Part shown: positions 54,820 through 64,000 of the stretch, piece by piece | How positions within the stretch are numbered: position 1 is the first letter of the stretch | How the letters are laid out: every line of letters starts with the position of its first letter | Origin: an uncultured Pseudomonadales bacterium | GTDB lineage: Bacteria; Patescibacteriota; Microgenomatia; UBA1400; CAYXSR01 | Direction of reading: 5' to 3' | Assembly: GCA_964430265.1 (NCBI GenBank) | Contig: CAYSEI010000001.1 | Span: forward strand, 61,574-125,573 | Length of the DNA: 64,000 nt | The notes under the pieces: generated by a model | Databases searched by the model: none | The model's input: the letters and a program-made list of their open reading frames with translations, nothing else | What the model was told of the DNA's origin: nothing | Program-made: the position numbers and the translations under genes

Positions 54820-56781
54820 ATGAAACTAGTTTTAGTAGAGTCACCAACCAAAGCACGTACCTTAACCAGGTTTTTAAAAGACAAGTATCAAATAGAGGCA
54901 AGTATGGGGCATATTCGTGATTTGCCTAAGAGTAAATTAGGAGTTGATGTAGAAGATAAATTTGAGCCCCACTATGTGGTTCCTTCTTCCAAGAAAAAGG
55001 TTGTCGGCAAGCTGAGAAAAATATCTAAGGATGCAGATGAGATAATTCTTGCAACTGACTTGGATAGGGAAGGAGAAGCGATTGCTTATCACTTACGCTA
55101 TTTACTAAAAAACGGTAAAGCTGGTAAAAATAATAAAAAAGAATTTAAAAGAATAACCTTCCATGAAATAACCAAAGAAGCAATTGAAAAAGCCTTAAAA
55201 GCTCCCGGGAAAATTAATATGGAATTGGTGGATTCGCAACAAGCCAGGAGAGTTTTGGACAGGCTTGTAGGGTACAAGCTTTCTCCTTTATTATGGAAAA
55301 AAGTTCGTACCGGATTATCAGCAGGACGTGTACAAACTCCGGCGGTCCGTTTAATAGTTGACAAGGAAAGGGAGATTGAAGCTTTTGATCCGGAAGAATA
55401 CTGGAAAATATATGCTATTCTGGCCCCAAAAAAAGACAAAGAATTTACCGGATTATTGATTAAAAAAGATGAAGAAACTTTAAAAATTAAAAACGAGAAG
55501 CAAGCAAAGAAACATTGTGATATATTAGATAAATCGAAGTATCGAGTAAAAGATGTCCGGAAAAAGAAAATTACTATTAGTCCACGGCCTCCTTTTATAA
55601 CTTCAAGTTTGCAGCGGGTTGCATCCATCTATTATCACTGGACAAGCAAAAAAACAATGCATTTTGCGCAAAGGCTTTATGAAAAAGGTTTAATTACCTA
55701 TCACAGGACTGACTCGTATAATCTAAACAAAAAAGCGGTTGTGAGCTGCAGAAAATATATTAAAGACAAATACGGTGACAAATATGTTCCGGAAAAGCCG
55801 CGTTTTTACAAAACAAAGTCTAAACTAGCACAAGAGGCACACGAAGCAATTCGGGTTACTGATATGACAATCACTCCGGAAAAGCTTAAACTAAAAGGTG
55901 CGGAAAAAAAACTATATGAGTTAATATTTAAGCGCTTTGTTGGCTGTCAGATGTCTGATCGGATAGTGGAAAGAACAACAATTGATGTTGAAGCAAAAGA
56001 TAATGGAAATGCATTTTTATTCAGAACTAAAGGAAGGATTGAAAAATTCCCGGGCTGGAGAAAAGTTTATGGTAATAAGAAAGAAGAAAAAGACGAACTG
56101 CCTGAAGTTAAAAAAGACGAAAAACTGGATTTGAAAAAACTGGATCCACAGCAAAAATTCACTTCACCTCCTCCCAGATATACGGAATCTACTTTAATTA
56201 AGGAACTTGAAGACAAGGGGATTGGCAGACCTTCGACTTACGCCTCAATTATCAGCACTATCCAAAACAGGCGGTATGTTGAAAAAGAGGAAGGTAGATT
56301 TAAGCCAACTCCGGTTGGCACAACTGTTACAGATTTTCTGCTTAAATACTTTCCGAAAATATTTGCTTATCAGTTTACAGCGAAAATGGAAGATGATTTG
56401 GATAAGGTGGCAGAGGGCAAAGAGAACTGGACTGAATTAATGGAAGACTTTTATGAACCTTTTGAAAAGAACTTGGAAAAAGCATTGGAAAAAGCTGAAA
56501 GACAAAAAATTGAGGCGGAAAAAATTGGCAAAAAATGCCCAAAGTGTGAAAAGGGAGAGCAAGTAATTAGAGTAGGTAAGTATGGTAAATTCTTATCTTG
56601 TTCGCGTTTTCCGGATTGTAAGTGGACAGCTGCATATGTAGAAAAACTTGAAGATTTTGAATGCCCGGAATGTGGAGGAGACGTAGTGATTAAAAGAACT
56701 CGTAAGGGCAAGAAATTTTATGGGTGCTCCAATTATCCGAAATGTGAATGGGCTTCCTGGAAAAACCCGAAAAAGAAATAA
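54820..56781 (+). CDS. topA: DNA topoisomerase I (compact form with C-terminal zinc ribbons)
   Basis: The Toprim domain begins MKLVLVESPTKARTL...GHIRDLP. The active-site region reads ...LITYHRTDS..., and C-terminal motifs read CPKCEKGE...CPECGG. Confidence 0.85.
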   Translation: MKLVLVESPTKARTLTRFLKDKYQIEASMGHIRDLPKSKLGVDVEDKFEPHYVVPSSKKKVVGKLRKISKDADEIILATDLDREGEAIAYHLRYLLKNGKAGKNNKKEFKRITFHEITKEAIEKALKAPGKINMELVDSQQARRVLDRLVGYKLSPLLWKKVRTGLSAGRVQTPAVRLIVDKEREIEAFDPEEYWKIYAILAPKKDKEFTGLLIKKDEETLKIKNEKQAKKHCDILDKSKYRVKDVRKKKITISPRPPFITSSLQRVASIYYHWTSKKTMHFAQRLYEKGLITYHRTDSYNLNKKAVVSCRKYIKDKYGDKYVPEKPRFYKTKSKLAQEAHEAIRVTDMTITPEKLKLKGAEKKLYELIFKRFVGCQMSDRIVERTTIDVEAKDNGNAFLFRTKGRIEKFPGWRKVYGNKKEEKDELPEVKKDEKLDLKKLDPQQKFTSPPPRYTESTLIKELEDKGIGRPSTYASIISTIQNRRYVEKEEGRFKPTPVGTTVTDFLLKYFPKIFAYQFTAKMEDDLDKVAEGKENWTELMEDFYEPFEKNLEKALEKAERQKIEAEKIGKKCPKCEKGEQVIRVGKYGKFLSCSRFPDCKWTAAYVEKLEDFECPECGGDVVIKRTRKGKKFYGCSNYPKCEWASWKNPKKK

Positions 56782-56865
56782 ATTAATTTAGAATATATTT
56801 ATTGCTGTTTTATTGAAAGATATCTTTAATTTGATTGTAAATTGTCTTTAGTTTAGTATAGATGT

Positions 56866-58173
56866 ATGGGTAAGTTTATTGAGAATTTTAAGAAAATAAA
56901 TAAAAAAGTTTTTTTGTTTATTACATTTTTTTTGTTTTTTGTTTTTTCTTCTTCTTTTTTGTATTTAAATGAACTTCAAGCAGCAGATTTACAACTTAAT
57001 TCAAAAGATATATTAAAAACAGTTCAATCTGCACAATCGGGTTTTCAAAGAGTGGAGGTAGGAGAAAAGGAAATATATTACAAAATGAGGACAATAGATG
57101 GTGCAATAGTGGAAAACGATTTTGTTAGCTATGAGTTTGACAAGGATTCAGAGGTTTTACTTGATACGCGGCAAATAGCAAGGACTGAAGTTCCTCCAAG
57201 TCTTCCTGATTTAAAAATAAGCAAGCAGGAAGCGGAGAGTTTGGTAGACGGACAGATACTAAACAGTCAGTTATATTTAATAGATGAGGAGTCAGATATT
57301 TTTGCTTTGGATCCGGCTCCGGAAAATCCTTGTTGGGTAGTTAAAAGTTCATTGAATGGAATTACGGAATTGACAGTTGTTGATGCTTTAACAGGAGAAA
57401 ATTTGGGTAAAGGTATAGCGCCACCTGGAAACGGTTTTGTATTCTCCGGACCAATTTATGTAATAGATTGTCAAGGGAAATGGGAAGCTTGGGTTAAAAA
57501 TGCAGAAGATTGGTTTGAAGCAATGGGATATAAAAGTGATCTTGTATATTATCCTTCAGTAAAACAAATTGAAGCATATATTCAAAATCCTAATACTGAA
57601 GTTTTTTTTGAATTAGCACACGGAAATGAAACTGGTTTTACCCACTGCTGTGATGGAGTAGATAATAATGTATATGCAGAGGATATTAAGAAATGGTTGG
57701 AGAACAGAGATAAGATGAAATTTGCTTTTATTGGAAGTTGTCAGGGAATGTGTAGAACAGAAAATGATGGAACTTTTTCTTATGCTTTTAGAAAAGGTTC
57801 CAATTCTGAAACTTCAACTGTTGGTTATTGTAGAATGGCAGCTGATAAATGTTTTAATTGCTGGTTGGAGTCAATTAATTGGCAGGATACATTATTTGAC
57901 TATTTAAATAAAGGATTAAGTGTGAAACAAGCATTTGATAATGCAAATACAGAATATCCCATGTGTGCGCCACCAACAAGCTGTATGCGTTTTGCCGGAG
58001 ATCCAAATTTGAAATTAAAAAACCCTCAATCCAGTCGATGTCTTGCTTTTGATATTACTGATGATGGAAAAGTGAATATGAATGATTTACTGGAAGTTTT
58101 AAACAGGTGGGGAAATGGATATGGCATGAATGAGCTTTTAGGATTGTTTGATTGTTGGAATGCCACAATATAA
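56866..58173 (+). CDS. Secreted putative clan-CD (caspase/gingipain-like) cysteine peptidase with a C-terminal dockerin-like motif
   Basis: It has a signal/anchor. His-Gly and Cys blocks each follow a hydrophobic strand (VFFELAHGNETGF ... MKFAFIGSCQGM, cf. caspase QACRG). The C-terminus reads DITDDGKVNMNDLLEVLNRWGN, a dockerin-type Ca-binding repeat. Confidence 0.5.
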   Translation: MGKFIENFKKINKKVFLFITFFLFFVFSSSFLYLNELQAADLQLNSKDILKTVQSAQSGFQRVEVGEKEIYYKMRTIDGAIVENDFVSYEFDKDSEVLLDTRQIARTEVPPSLPDLKISKQEAESLVDGQILNSQLYLIDEESDIFALDPAPENPCWVVKSSLNGITELTVVDALTGENLGKGIAPPGNGFVFSGPIYVIDCQGKWEAWVKNAEDWFEAMGYKSDLVYYPSVKQIEAYIQNPNTEVFFELAHGNETGFTHCCDGVDNNVYAEDIKKWLENRDKMKFAFIGSCQGMCRTENDGTFSYAFRKGSNSETSTVGYCRMAADKCFNCWLESINWQDTLFDYLNKGLSVKQAFDNANTEYPMCAPPTSCMRFAGDPNLKLKNPQSSRCLAFDITDDGKVNMNDLLEVLNRWGNGYGMNELLGLFDCWNATI

Positions 58174-58374
58174 AACGCCAATTTATGTAAATAAACAACT
58201 ATGTTTTTTATAGAATAAATAATTGTGTTTTTATACTTTGATATATTAAGTTGTAGTTGACTTTTTGGCTGTCAAAAATTAAAGTAAATATTGTCCCGGT
58301 GAGGCTATAAAATTTACGGTTAAAATATCAATTTTCCTCATATGTAGGTAGTTGTGGTTGTTAAAAAAAAAGAC

Positions 58375-60201
58375 ATGACATTTTCTCCGGACGAAAAGCT
58401 GGAGAGAATAAAAAACCATCATTTAGATATAAAAAAAACTATTAACGACTACCTGTACCAGAACGGCTGGAAAGCAAAAGCAAACTCCAATTCAAATTAT
58501 TCTTTTTCCGGTTTGGTTCTACATTCCGCAGGTTCTGTGATTGCCAACTATGCGCTTAATGAATTGTATAATAAAAAAATCCGTGAAGCGCACGAAAAAG
58601 GCATTCTTCATATCCATAATTTAACACACTCTATTATTGGCTATTGTGCTGGCTGGAGTCTGGAAAAACTTTTATTAATGGGTTTTGGCAACATCCGCGG
58701 TCAAGTTGATTCCAAACCTGCAAAACACTTGGATACAATAATTTTACATATTATCAATTTCCTGCGCTGTTCATACAATGAATTTGCCGGAGCACAAGCT
58801 TTTTCTTCTTTGGACACTTATCTTGCTCCTTTTGTAGCTGAAGACAATCTTTCTTTTGAAGAAGTAAAGCAAGAAATGCAGAGACTGGTATTTTCCCTAA
58901 ATGTTCCTTCCAAATGGGGATTTGAAATGCCTTTTACAAACTTTACGTTTGATTTAAAGGCGCCGGATGATTTAAAAGACAAAAAAATAATAATTGGAGG
59001 AGAACCACAGAAAAAGACTTATGGTGATTTTCAAAAAGAAATGGACATGATTAATAAAGCATTTTTGGAAGTAATGCTTGAAGGCGATGATTTGGGCAGA
59101 ATCTTTACTTTTCCGATCCCCACATATAATTTGACCAAGGATTTTGATTGGGATAGCAAAATTGCCAAACTATTGTTTAAAGTTACTGCACGCTATGGTG
59201 TTCCTTACTTTCAAAACTATATTGGCTCGAACTTGGATCCCAATTCAATCCGGGCGATGTGCTGCCGTTTAAATTTGGACTTGAATCAATTAACTAATCA
59301 GCCGGGCAGTTTATGGGGTAAAGGCGACAGTACCGGTTCAATTGGGGTAGTAACCATTAATTTAAACAGACTTGCATATTTGGCAAAAAAATCAAATCCT
59401 AAAGATACTAAGAAAGCAGAAGAGGAATTCTTTAATTTAATTGACAAATATATGAGTTTAGCAAAAGACAGTCTGGAAATTAAAAGGGAAGAAGTAAACA
59501 AGAATATGCAGGACGGGCTGATGCCATATACCAAAGCGTATTTAGGATCTTTCCGCAACTATTTTTCCACGATTGGTTTATGCGGCGGTAATGAAGCAGC
59601 GCTTAATCTAGTGGGAAAATCAATTGCAACCGAAGAAGGAAAAAGATTTATTCAAAAAACACTAAAATTTATGCGTAAAAAGTTGGTTGATTTTCAAGAA
59701 CAAACGGGCCACTTGTTTAATTTGGAAGCAACTCCAGCAGAATCCACAAGTTATCGCTTTGCATTATTGGATAAAAAGCTTTGTCCAGGAATAATTACTG
59801 CTGGAACTGAAGAAAGGCCGTATTTAACCAACTCCACACAACTTCCGGTAGACTATACCAATGATCCTATGGAAGCAATACTCAATCAATCCGATATCCA
59901 ACAAATGTATTCCGGAGGAACGGTTTTTCATACTTTTTTGGGTGAGGAAATTGAATGGAAAGAAGCCAAAACTTTAATCAAAAAAATTGCCCAAGAAACA
60001 AAACTGCCGTATTTTACTCTAACTCCGACATTTTCAATCTGCCATGAACACGGTAGAATTAAGGGTGAAGTTTTTAAATGTCCGGAATGCGGTAAGCCGA
60101 CAGAAGTATATTCGCGTGTGGTAGGGTATTTCCGCTCGGTAAGCTTATGGAATGATGGTAAGAAACAAGAATATGAAGAAAGAAAGGAATATAAGGTATG
60201 A
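58375..60201 (+). CDS. nrdD: Anaerobic ribonucleoside-triphosphate reductase (class III)
   Basis: The C-terminal Zn site is C-HEH...CPEC and the glycyl-radical motif is SRVVGYFRS. The ORF track uses an upstream GTG at 58354; the ATG at 58375 is the likely start. Confidence 0.75.
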   Translation: MTFSPDEKLERIKNHHLDIKKTINDYLYQNGWKAKANSNSNYSFSGLVLHSAGSVIANYALNELYNKKIREAHEKGILHIHNLTHSIIGYCAGWSLEKLLLMGFGNIRGQVDSKPAKHLDTIILHIINFLRCSYNEFAGAQAFSSLDTYLAPFVAEDNLSFEEVKQEMQRLVFSLNVPSKWGFEMPFTNFTFDLKAPDDLKDKKIIIGGEPQKKTYGDFQKEMDMINKAFLEVMLEGDDLGRIFTFPIPTYNLTKDFDWDSKIAKLLFKVTARYGVPYFQNYIGSNLDPNSIRAMCCRLNLDLNQLTNQPGSLWGKGDSTGSIGVVTINLNRLAYLAKKSNPKDTKKAEEEFFNLIDKYMSLAKDSLEIKREEVNKNMQDGLMPYTKAYLGSFRNYFSTIGLCGGNEAALNLVGKSIATEEGKRFIQKTLKFMRKKLVDFQEQTGHLFNLEATPAESTSYRFALLDKKLCPGIITAGTEERPYLTNSTQLPVDYTNDPMEAILNQSDIQQMYSGGTVFHTFLGEEIEWKEAKTLIKKIAQETKLPYFTLTPTFSICHEHGRIKGEVFKCPECGKPTEVYSRVVGYFRSVSLWNDGKKQEYEERKEYKV

Positions 60202-61214
60202 ATAATATGGATAATAAACAAAACCAGGAATATCAATATCTCAATCTTTTAAAAGAAATTTTGGAAGAAGGTAAATGGAAATATTCTCATAGTACGGGAA
60301 TACGTTACAAAGGAGTTTTTGGCAGGCAGATAAGGTTTGATTTAAATCAAGGTTTTCCCTTATTAACCACTAAAAAAACTTTTTGGCGGGGAATTTTACA
60401 CGAGCTGCTTTGGTTTTTGTCCGGCAGTTCCAATGTTAAGTATCTGATAGATAATAATGTACATTTTTGGGATGATTATCCTTACAAACAATACAAAAGA
60501 GCAAGGGAAAAAGATTCCAACCTTCCCAAACTTTCGCAGGAAGAATTAATTAAAAAAATCAAAAATGACGACGAGTTTGCAAAAAAATGGGGACAAATTG
60601 GTCCGGTATACGGAACCCAATGGAGAAAATGGAAAAGCGGGGACAGGGAAGTAGACCAACTAAAATGGGCAATTGAAAAAATTCAAAAATATCCGCATAA
60701 AAGGCATTTAATTGTTTCTGCGTGGAATGCTGCCTATATATATGAAATGGCGCCTTCTTTTGAAGAATCAATGGCAATAGCTCCCTGCCACACTTTATTT
60801 CATATTGTTCTTTATGAGGGAAAACTTTGCTTACAGCTTTATCAGCGCTCGGCCGACGTTTTCTTGGGTGTACCTTTTAATATTGCTTCATATGCACTTT
60901 TAACGCATATGATTGCGCATGTAACAGGTTTTCCTGTGGGAGATTTTGTACACACTTTTGGAGATGTGCATATTTACGAGAATCATGTTGAGCAGGTCAA
61001 AGAGCAATTATCCAGGAAACCAAGGCAATTGCCAAAACTCAAGCTTAACCCGGAAGTAAAAGATATTGACGATTTTAGTTTTAAGGACATTGAACTTGAA
61101 GGATATGATCCGTACCCGCCAATAAAAGCGCCTTTGACTGCAGTCGGCGGTTTTGGCAAAGACAAAAAACTGGAAGATCTCAGAAAAGAGAATAAGAAAA
61201 AAGATAAAGAATAA
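60198..61214 (+). CDS. thyA: Thymidylate synthase (ThyA type) with a K-rich C-terminal tail
   Basis: It reads ...[20 protein letters not shown]..., ...[30 protein letters not shown] (catalytic Cys context) and HTFGDVHIY. Confidence 0.9.
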   Translation: MNNMDNKQNQEYQYLNLLKEILEEGKWKYSHSTGIRYKGVFGRQIRFDLNQGFPLLTTKKTFWRGILHELLWFLSGSSNVKYLIDNNVHFWDDYPYKQYKRAREKDSNLPKLSQEELIKKIKNDDEFAKKWGQIGPVYGTQWRKWKSGDREVDQLKWAIEKIQKYPHKRHLIVSAWNAAYIYEMAPSFEESMAIAPCHTLFHIVLYEGKLCLQLYQRSADVFLGVPFNIASYALLTHMIAHVTGFPVGDFVHTFGDVHIYENHVEQVKEQLSRKPRQLPKLKLNPEVKDIDDFSFKDIELEGYDPYPPIKAPLTAVGGFGKDKKLEDLRKENKKKDKE

Positions 61215-61251
61215 AATTAGAATAAGATAAACAAATAATAATATATATTGT

Positions 61252-61758
61252 ATGAAAAAAAATCCATTGATCAGCCTTATTGCTGCCATTGGTGAGAACA
61301 GGGAATTGGGCAGGAACAACCAACTTCTTTGGCATTTGCCCAAGGACTTGGAGTACTTCAAAAAAACAACCCAAGGCCACCCGATTATTATGGGTAGGAA
61401 AACTTTTGAAGCAATCGGCAAGCCTTTACCGGACAGAACCAATATTGTTTTAACCCGAAAAAAAAATTACAAGCAAAAAGGGGTTAAAGTTTTTAATAAT
61501 CTTAATAAAGCATTGAATTTTGCCAAGCAAATTGAAAAAGATGAGATCTTTATTATTGGCGGAGAACAGGTATACAAACAAACAATCGACATAGCAGATA
61601 TGTTATACTTAACTATAGTTAAAGGTAAGTTTAAGGCGGATGCATTTTTTCCGAAATATTCGGATTTCGGGAAGATAGTTTTTGAAAAAAAAGCTGTTGA
61701 TAATGATTATAAAATTAAATTTTTAAAAATAAATAGAAAGGAAAAAAATGAAATCTGA
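61252..61758 (+). CDS. folA: Dihydrofolate reductase
   Basis: It reads [63 protein letters not shown]. Confidence 0.9.
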   Translation: MKKNPLISLIAAIGENRELGRNNQLLWHLPKDLEYFKKTTQGHPIIMGRKTFEAIGKPLPDRTNIVLTRKKNYKQKGVKVFNNLNKALNFAKQIEKDEIFIIGGEQVYKQTIDIADMLYLTIVKGKFKADAFFPKYSDFGKIVFEKKAVDNDYKIKFLKINRKEKNEI

Positions 61759-63382
61759 CATAGAGATTGCCCAGGCAGCAAAACTGCAGCCGATTGAAGA
61801 GATAGCTGAAAGTATTGGACTGTCAAGGGATGATATTGACCTTTACGGAGACTATAAAGCAAAATTAAAATACTCCACTATTAATAAATTAAAAGATAAA
61901 AAGAACGGGAAATTGGTTCTAGTGACCGCAATGACTCCAACTCCTGCAGGTGAAGGTAAAACTACGACTACAGTAGGTTTGGGACAAGCATTGCATAAAT
62001 TAGGGAAAAACTCAATGATTTGTTTAAGAGAACCTTCTTTGGGGCCGGTATTTGGAATTAAAGGCGGAGCAGCGGGTGGAGGAAATGCACAAGTTCTTCC
62101 AATGGAAGACATAAACTTGCATTTTACAGGTGATATTTATGCAGTGGAAGCTGCCAACAATTTAATCAGTGCGGCTCTGGACAACCATTTAACAAAAGGA
62201 AATGAATTAAATATTGATTCCCGTAGAGTTATTTGGCATCGCGTGATTGACATGAATGATAGAGCAATGCGTAATCTAATCATTGGACTTGGAGGTGCAT
62301 ATAACGGAGTTCCGCGTGAAGACCATTTTGATATAACTGTAGCTTCGGAAGTTATGGCAGCTCTTTGTTTAGCAACGGATTTACAGGATTTAAAAGCAAG
62401 AGTTAAGAAAATGGTTGTAGCTTTGACCAAGGACCGTAAACCGGTTACTGTTGAAGACCTAAATATTTCCGGTGCAGTTACAGCGTTACTTAAGAATGCT
62501 TTGCGTCCTAATTTGGTACAGACATTGGAAGGATCAGCAGCCTTTATACACGGAGGTCCTTTTGCAAATATTGCCCATGGATGTAATTCATTAACTGCTA
62601 CACAAACAGCATTAAAACTGGTTGATTATGTAGTTACGGAAGCTGGGTTTGGTTCTGATCTTGGAGCAGAAAAATTCTTTAACATTAAATGCCGTTTTGG
62701 AGGATTAAAACCTGAAGCGGTTGTTTTAGTAGCAACAATCAAAGCTTTAAAACACCATGGTGAAGGGAATTTGGAAAAAGGTTTGCCAAATTTGGGTAAA
62801 CATATTGAAAATATTCAAGCACACGGATTAGAACCGGTAGTTGCTTTAAACCACTTTGTTAAAGATACAAAAGAAGAAGTAGAAATGGTTACCGAGTATT
62901 GCAAAGACAAGGGAGTGGAAGTAGCAGTTTCCAAGGTTTGGGAAAAGGGAGCTGAAGGCGGGGTTAACTTGGCAAATAAAGTTTTGGAAGTCTTGGAAAA
63001 AGGTTCCAATTTCCATCATTTATATGATGAAAATGATTCTATCAAAGAAAAAATCAGCACTATTGCCAAAAAAATGTATGGTGCAGACGGAGTCAACTAT
63101 ACTGCTAACGCTGAAAAACAAATTAAACAAATGGAAGATTGGGGTATGGACAAGATGCCGATTTGTATGGCAAAAACACCGGCGTCTTTATCTGATAATT
63201 CCAAGCTTTTGGCAAGGCCAGAGGGTTTTGAAATTACGGTTCGTAACATAAAACCGTCTGCTGGAGCAGGGTTTTTAGTTGTTTTGACAGGGAAAGTGAT
63301 GACTATGCCTGGATTGCCTACAAAACCGTCGGCAGAGTTGATTGATATTGATAAAAACGGTAAAATTACCGGACTTTTTTAA
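61748..63382 (+). CDS. fhs: Formate--tetrahydrofolate ligase
   Basis: It has a [21 protein letters not shown]-loop. Confidence 0.9.
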   Translation: MKSDIEIAQAAKLQPIEEIAESIGLSRDDIDLYGDYKAKLKYSTINKLKDKKNGKLVLVTAMTPTPAGEGKTTTTVGLGQALHKLGKNSMICLREPSLGPVFGIKGGAAGGGNAQVLPMEDINLHFTGDIYAVEAANNLISAALDNHLTKGNELNIDSRRVIWHRVIDMNDRAMRNLIIGLGGAYNGVPREDHFDITVASEVMAALCLATDLQDLKARVKKMVVALTKDRKPVTVEDLNISGAVTALLKNALRPNLVQTLEGSAAFIHGGPFANIAHGCNSLTATQTALKLVDYVVTEAGFGSDLGAEKFFNIKCRFGGLKPEAVVLVATIKALKHHGEGNLEKGLPNLGKHIENIQAHGLEPVVALNHFVKDTKEEVEMVTEYCKDKGVEVAVSKVWEKGAEGGVNLANKVLEVLEKGSNFHHLYDENDSIKEKISTIAKKMYGADGVNYTANAEKQIKQMEDWGMDKMPICMAKTPASLSDNSKLLARPEGFEITVRNIKPSAGAGFLVVLTGKVMTMPGLPTKPSAELIDIDKNGKITGLF

Positions 63383-63395
63383 GGGGGGGCGTAAG

Positions 63396-64000
63396 ATGAA
63401 ATTAAAAGACAAAATTATAAACGGCAGGAAGTTAAGTGAACAGATAAAAGAAGAGGTTAAGGATACTGTTAAAGGTCTGGGTAAAAAGCCGGGGTTGGCA
63501 GTGGTATTGGTTGGTAATAATCCGGCATCAAAGGTTTATGTTGCGCATAAACAAAAAGCTTGTGAGCAAGTAGGAATGTATTCCCGGAAAGTGAAACTGT
63601 CTGCGGAAATTTCTGAAGAAGAACTTTTTGAAAAACTGGATGAACTGAACAATGACGAGCAGATCCACGGAATCCTGGTCCAATTGCCTTTACCAAAAAG
63701 GTTAAAGCATTTGGAGGACGATGTACTTAAGTTTATCAATCCGGTAAAAGACGTTGACGGATTCCATCCTGTTAATTCCGGTAAGCTATTTAGTGCCAAA
63801 GGCGGTGTTCCGCATGATATTTATGTTCCGGCAACACCCAAGGGGATACTGACTATGGTTAAAGAATACGGATTGGAAATTGAGGGTAAAGAGGTAGTTG
63901 TAATTGGCAGAAGTAATTTGGTAGGAAAGCCGGTGGCAATGTTATTTTTACTGGAGAACGGCACAGTAACTATTTGTCATTCAAGGACAAAAGATCTGAA
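63396..64000 (+). CDS. folD: Bifunctional methylenetetrahydrofolate dehydrogenase/cyclohydrolase; 3' end cut by the window edge
   Basis: The ORF begins MKLKDKIINGRKLSEQIKEEV...GLAVVLVGNNPASKVYVAHKQKACEQVG. An AAGGGGGG ribosome-binding site lies upstream. Confidence 0.85.
   Translation, partial: MKLKDKIINGRKLSEQIKEEVKDTVKGLGKKPGLAVVLVGNNPASKVYVAHKQKACEQVGMYSRKVKLSAEISEEELFEKLDELNNDEQIHGILVQLPLPKRLKHLEDDVLKFINPVKDVDGFHPVNSGKLFSAKGGVPHDIYVPATPKGILTMVKEYGLEIEGKEVVVIGRSNLVGKPVAMLFLLENGTVTICHSRTKDL

Noticed and set aside
58174-58374. NrdR box upstream of nrdD
   Set aside because: Only a TTGAC-N9-GTCAA inverted repeat is present. No 16-bp NrdR-type palindrome was recognisable.
1-64000. CRISPR arrays, cas genes, integrases, transposases, reverse transcriptases
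   Set aside because: No regularly spaced direct repeats and no ORF with recognisable Cas, RT, integrase or transposase motifs were seen anywhere in the window.

Overview
This 64-kb window is AT-rich (about 23-45% GC locally) and reads like a small-genome Patescibacteria/CPR-type bacterium. That assignment is an inference from gene content, compact gene spacing, K/E-rich protein extensions and the many giant secreted proteins. All gene calls are by eye from the sequence and the ORF track; no database search or computation was run. ORF coordinates are taken from the supplied ORF track and include stop codons.

Recognisable core genes:
- An F-type ATP synthase operon on the minus strand in the order atpD (partial), atpG, atpA, atpH, atpF and an atypical c-like gene.
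- secE-nusG, an extra 84-aa ORF, then rplK-rplA.
- galU and murF.
- A cell-envelope glycosylation block: a PMT/ArnT-like GT-C glycosyltransferase, two GT4 glycosyltransferases, a Wzx-type flippase and an O-antigen-ligase/TPR protein.
- pth, glmS, rpmG, yjjX, nnr, a site-2 protease, ctpA, rpmB, nadE-nadD.
- An elongasome operon: mreB, a PAP2-like phosphatase, mreC, mreD, pbp2.
- dprA and topA.
- A nucleotide/one-carbon cluster: nrdD, thyA, folA, fhs, folD (partial).
- Four tRNAs: tRNA-Ala(CGC), tRNA-Trp(CCA), tRNA-Ala(GGC) and tRNA-Thr(GGT).
- A VapBC-like toxin-antitoxin pair (AbrB antitoxin plus PIN toxin).

The accessory content is a set of very large secreted or surface proteins:
- A 1380-aa protein with DUF2341-like, LamG-like and tandem CBM-like domains and a phage tail-fibre-type intramolecular chaperone (peptidase S74-like) autoprocessing domain.
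- A 941-aa cysteine-rich protein with an internally duplicated DUF1566-like module.
- An 855-aa lipase-domain protein.
- An 1180-aa GH5-like glycoside hydrolase fused to a C-terminal lytic-transglycosylase-like domain.
- A caspase-fold (clan CD-like) protease ending in a dockerin-like motif.

Two observations stand out. First, the ATP synthase c-subunit gene is fused to an N-terminal secreted domain of about 175 aa. Its C-terminal helix has no conserved ion-binding Glu/Asp, and no a-subunit gene is adjacent. Second, the giant surface and hydrolytic proteins look like a host-interaction repertoire for an episymbiont.

No CRISPR array, reverse transcriptase, integrase or transposase was seen.
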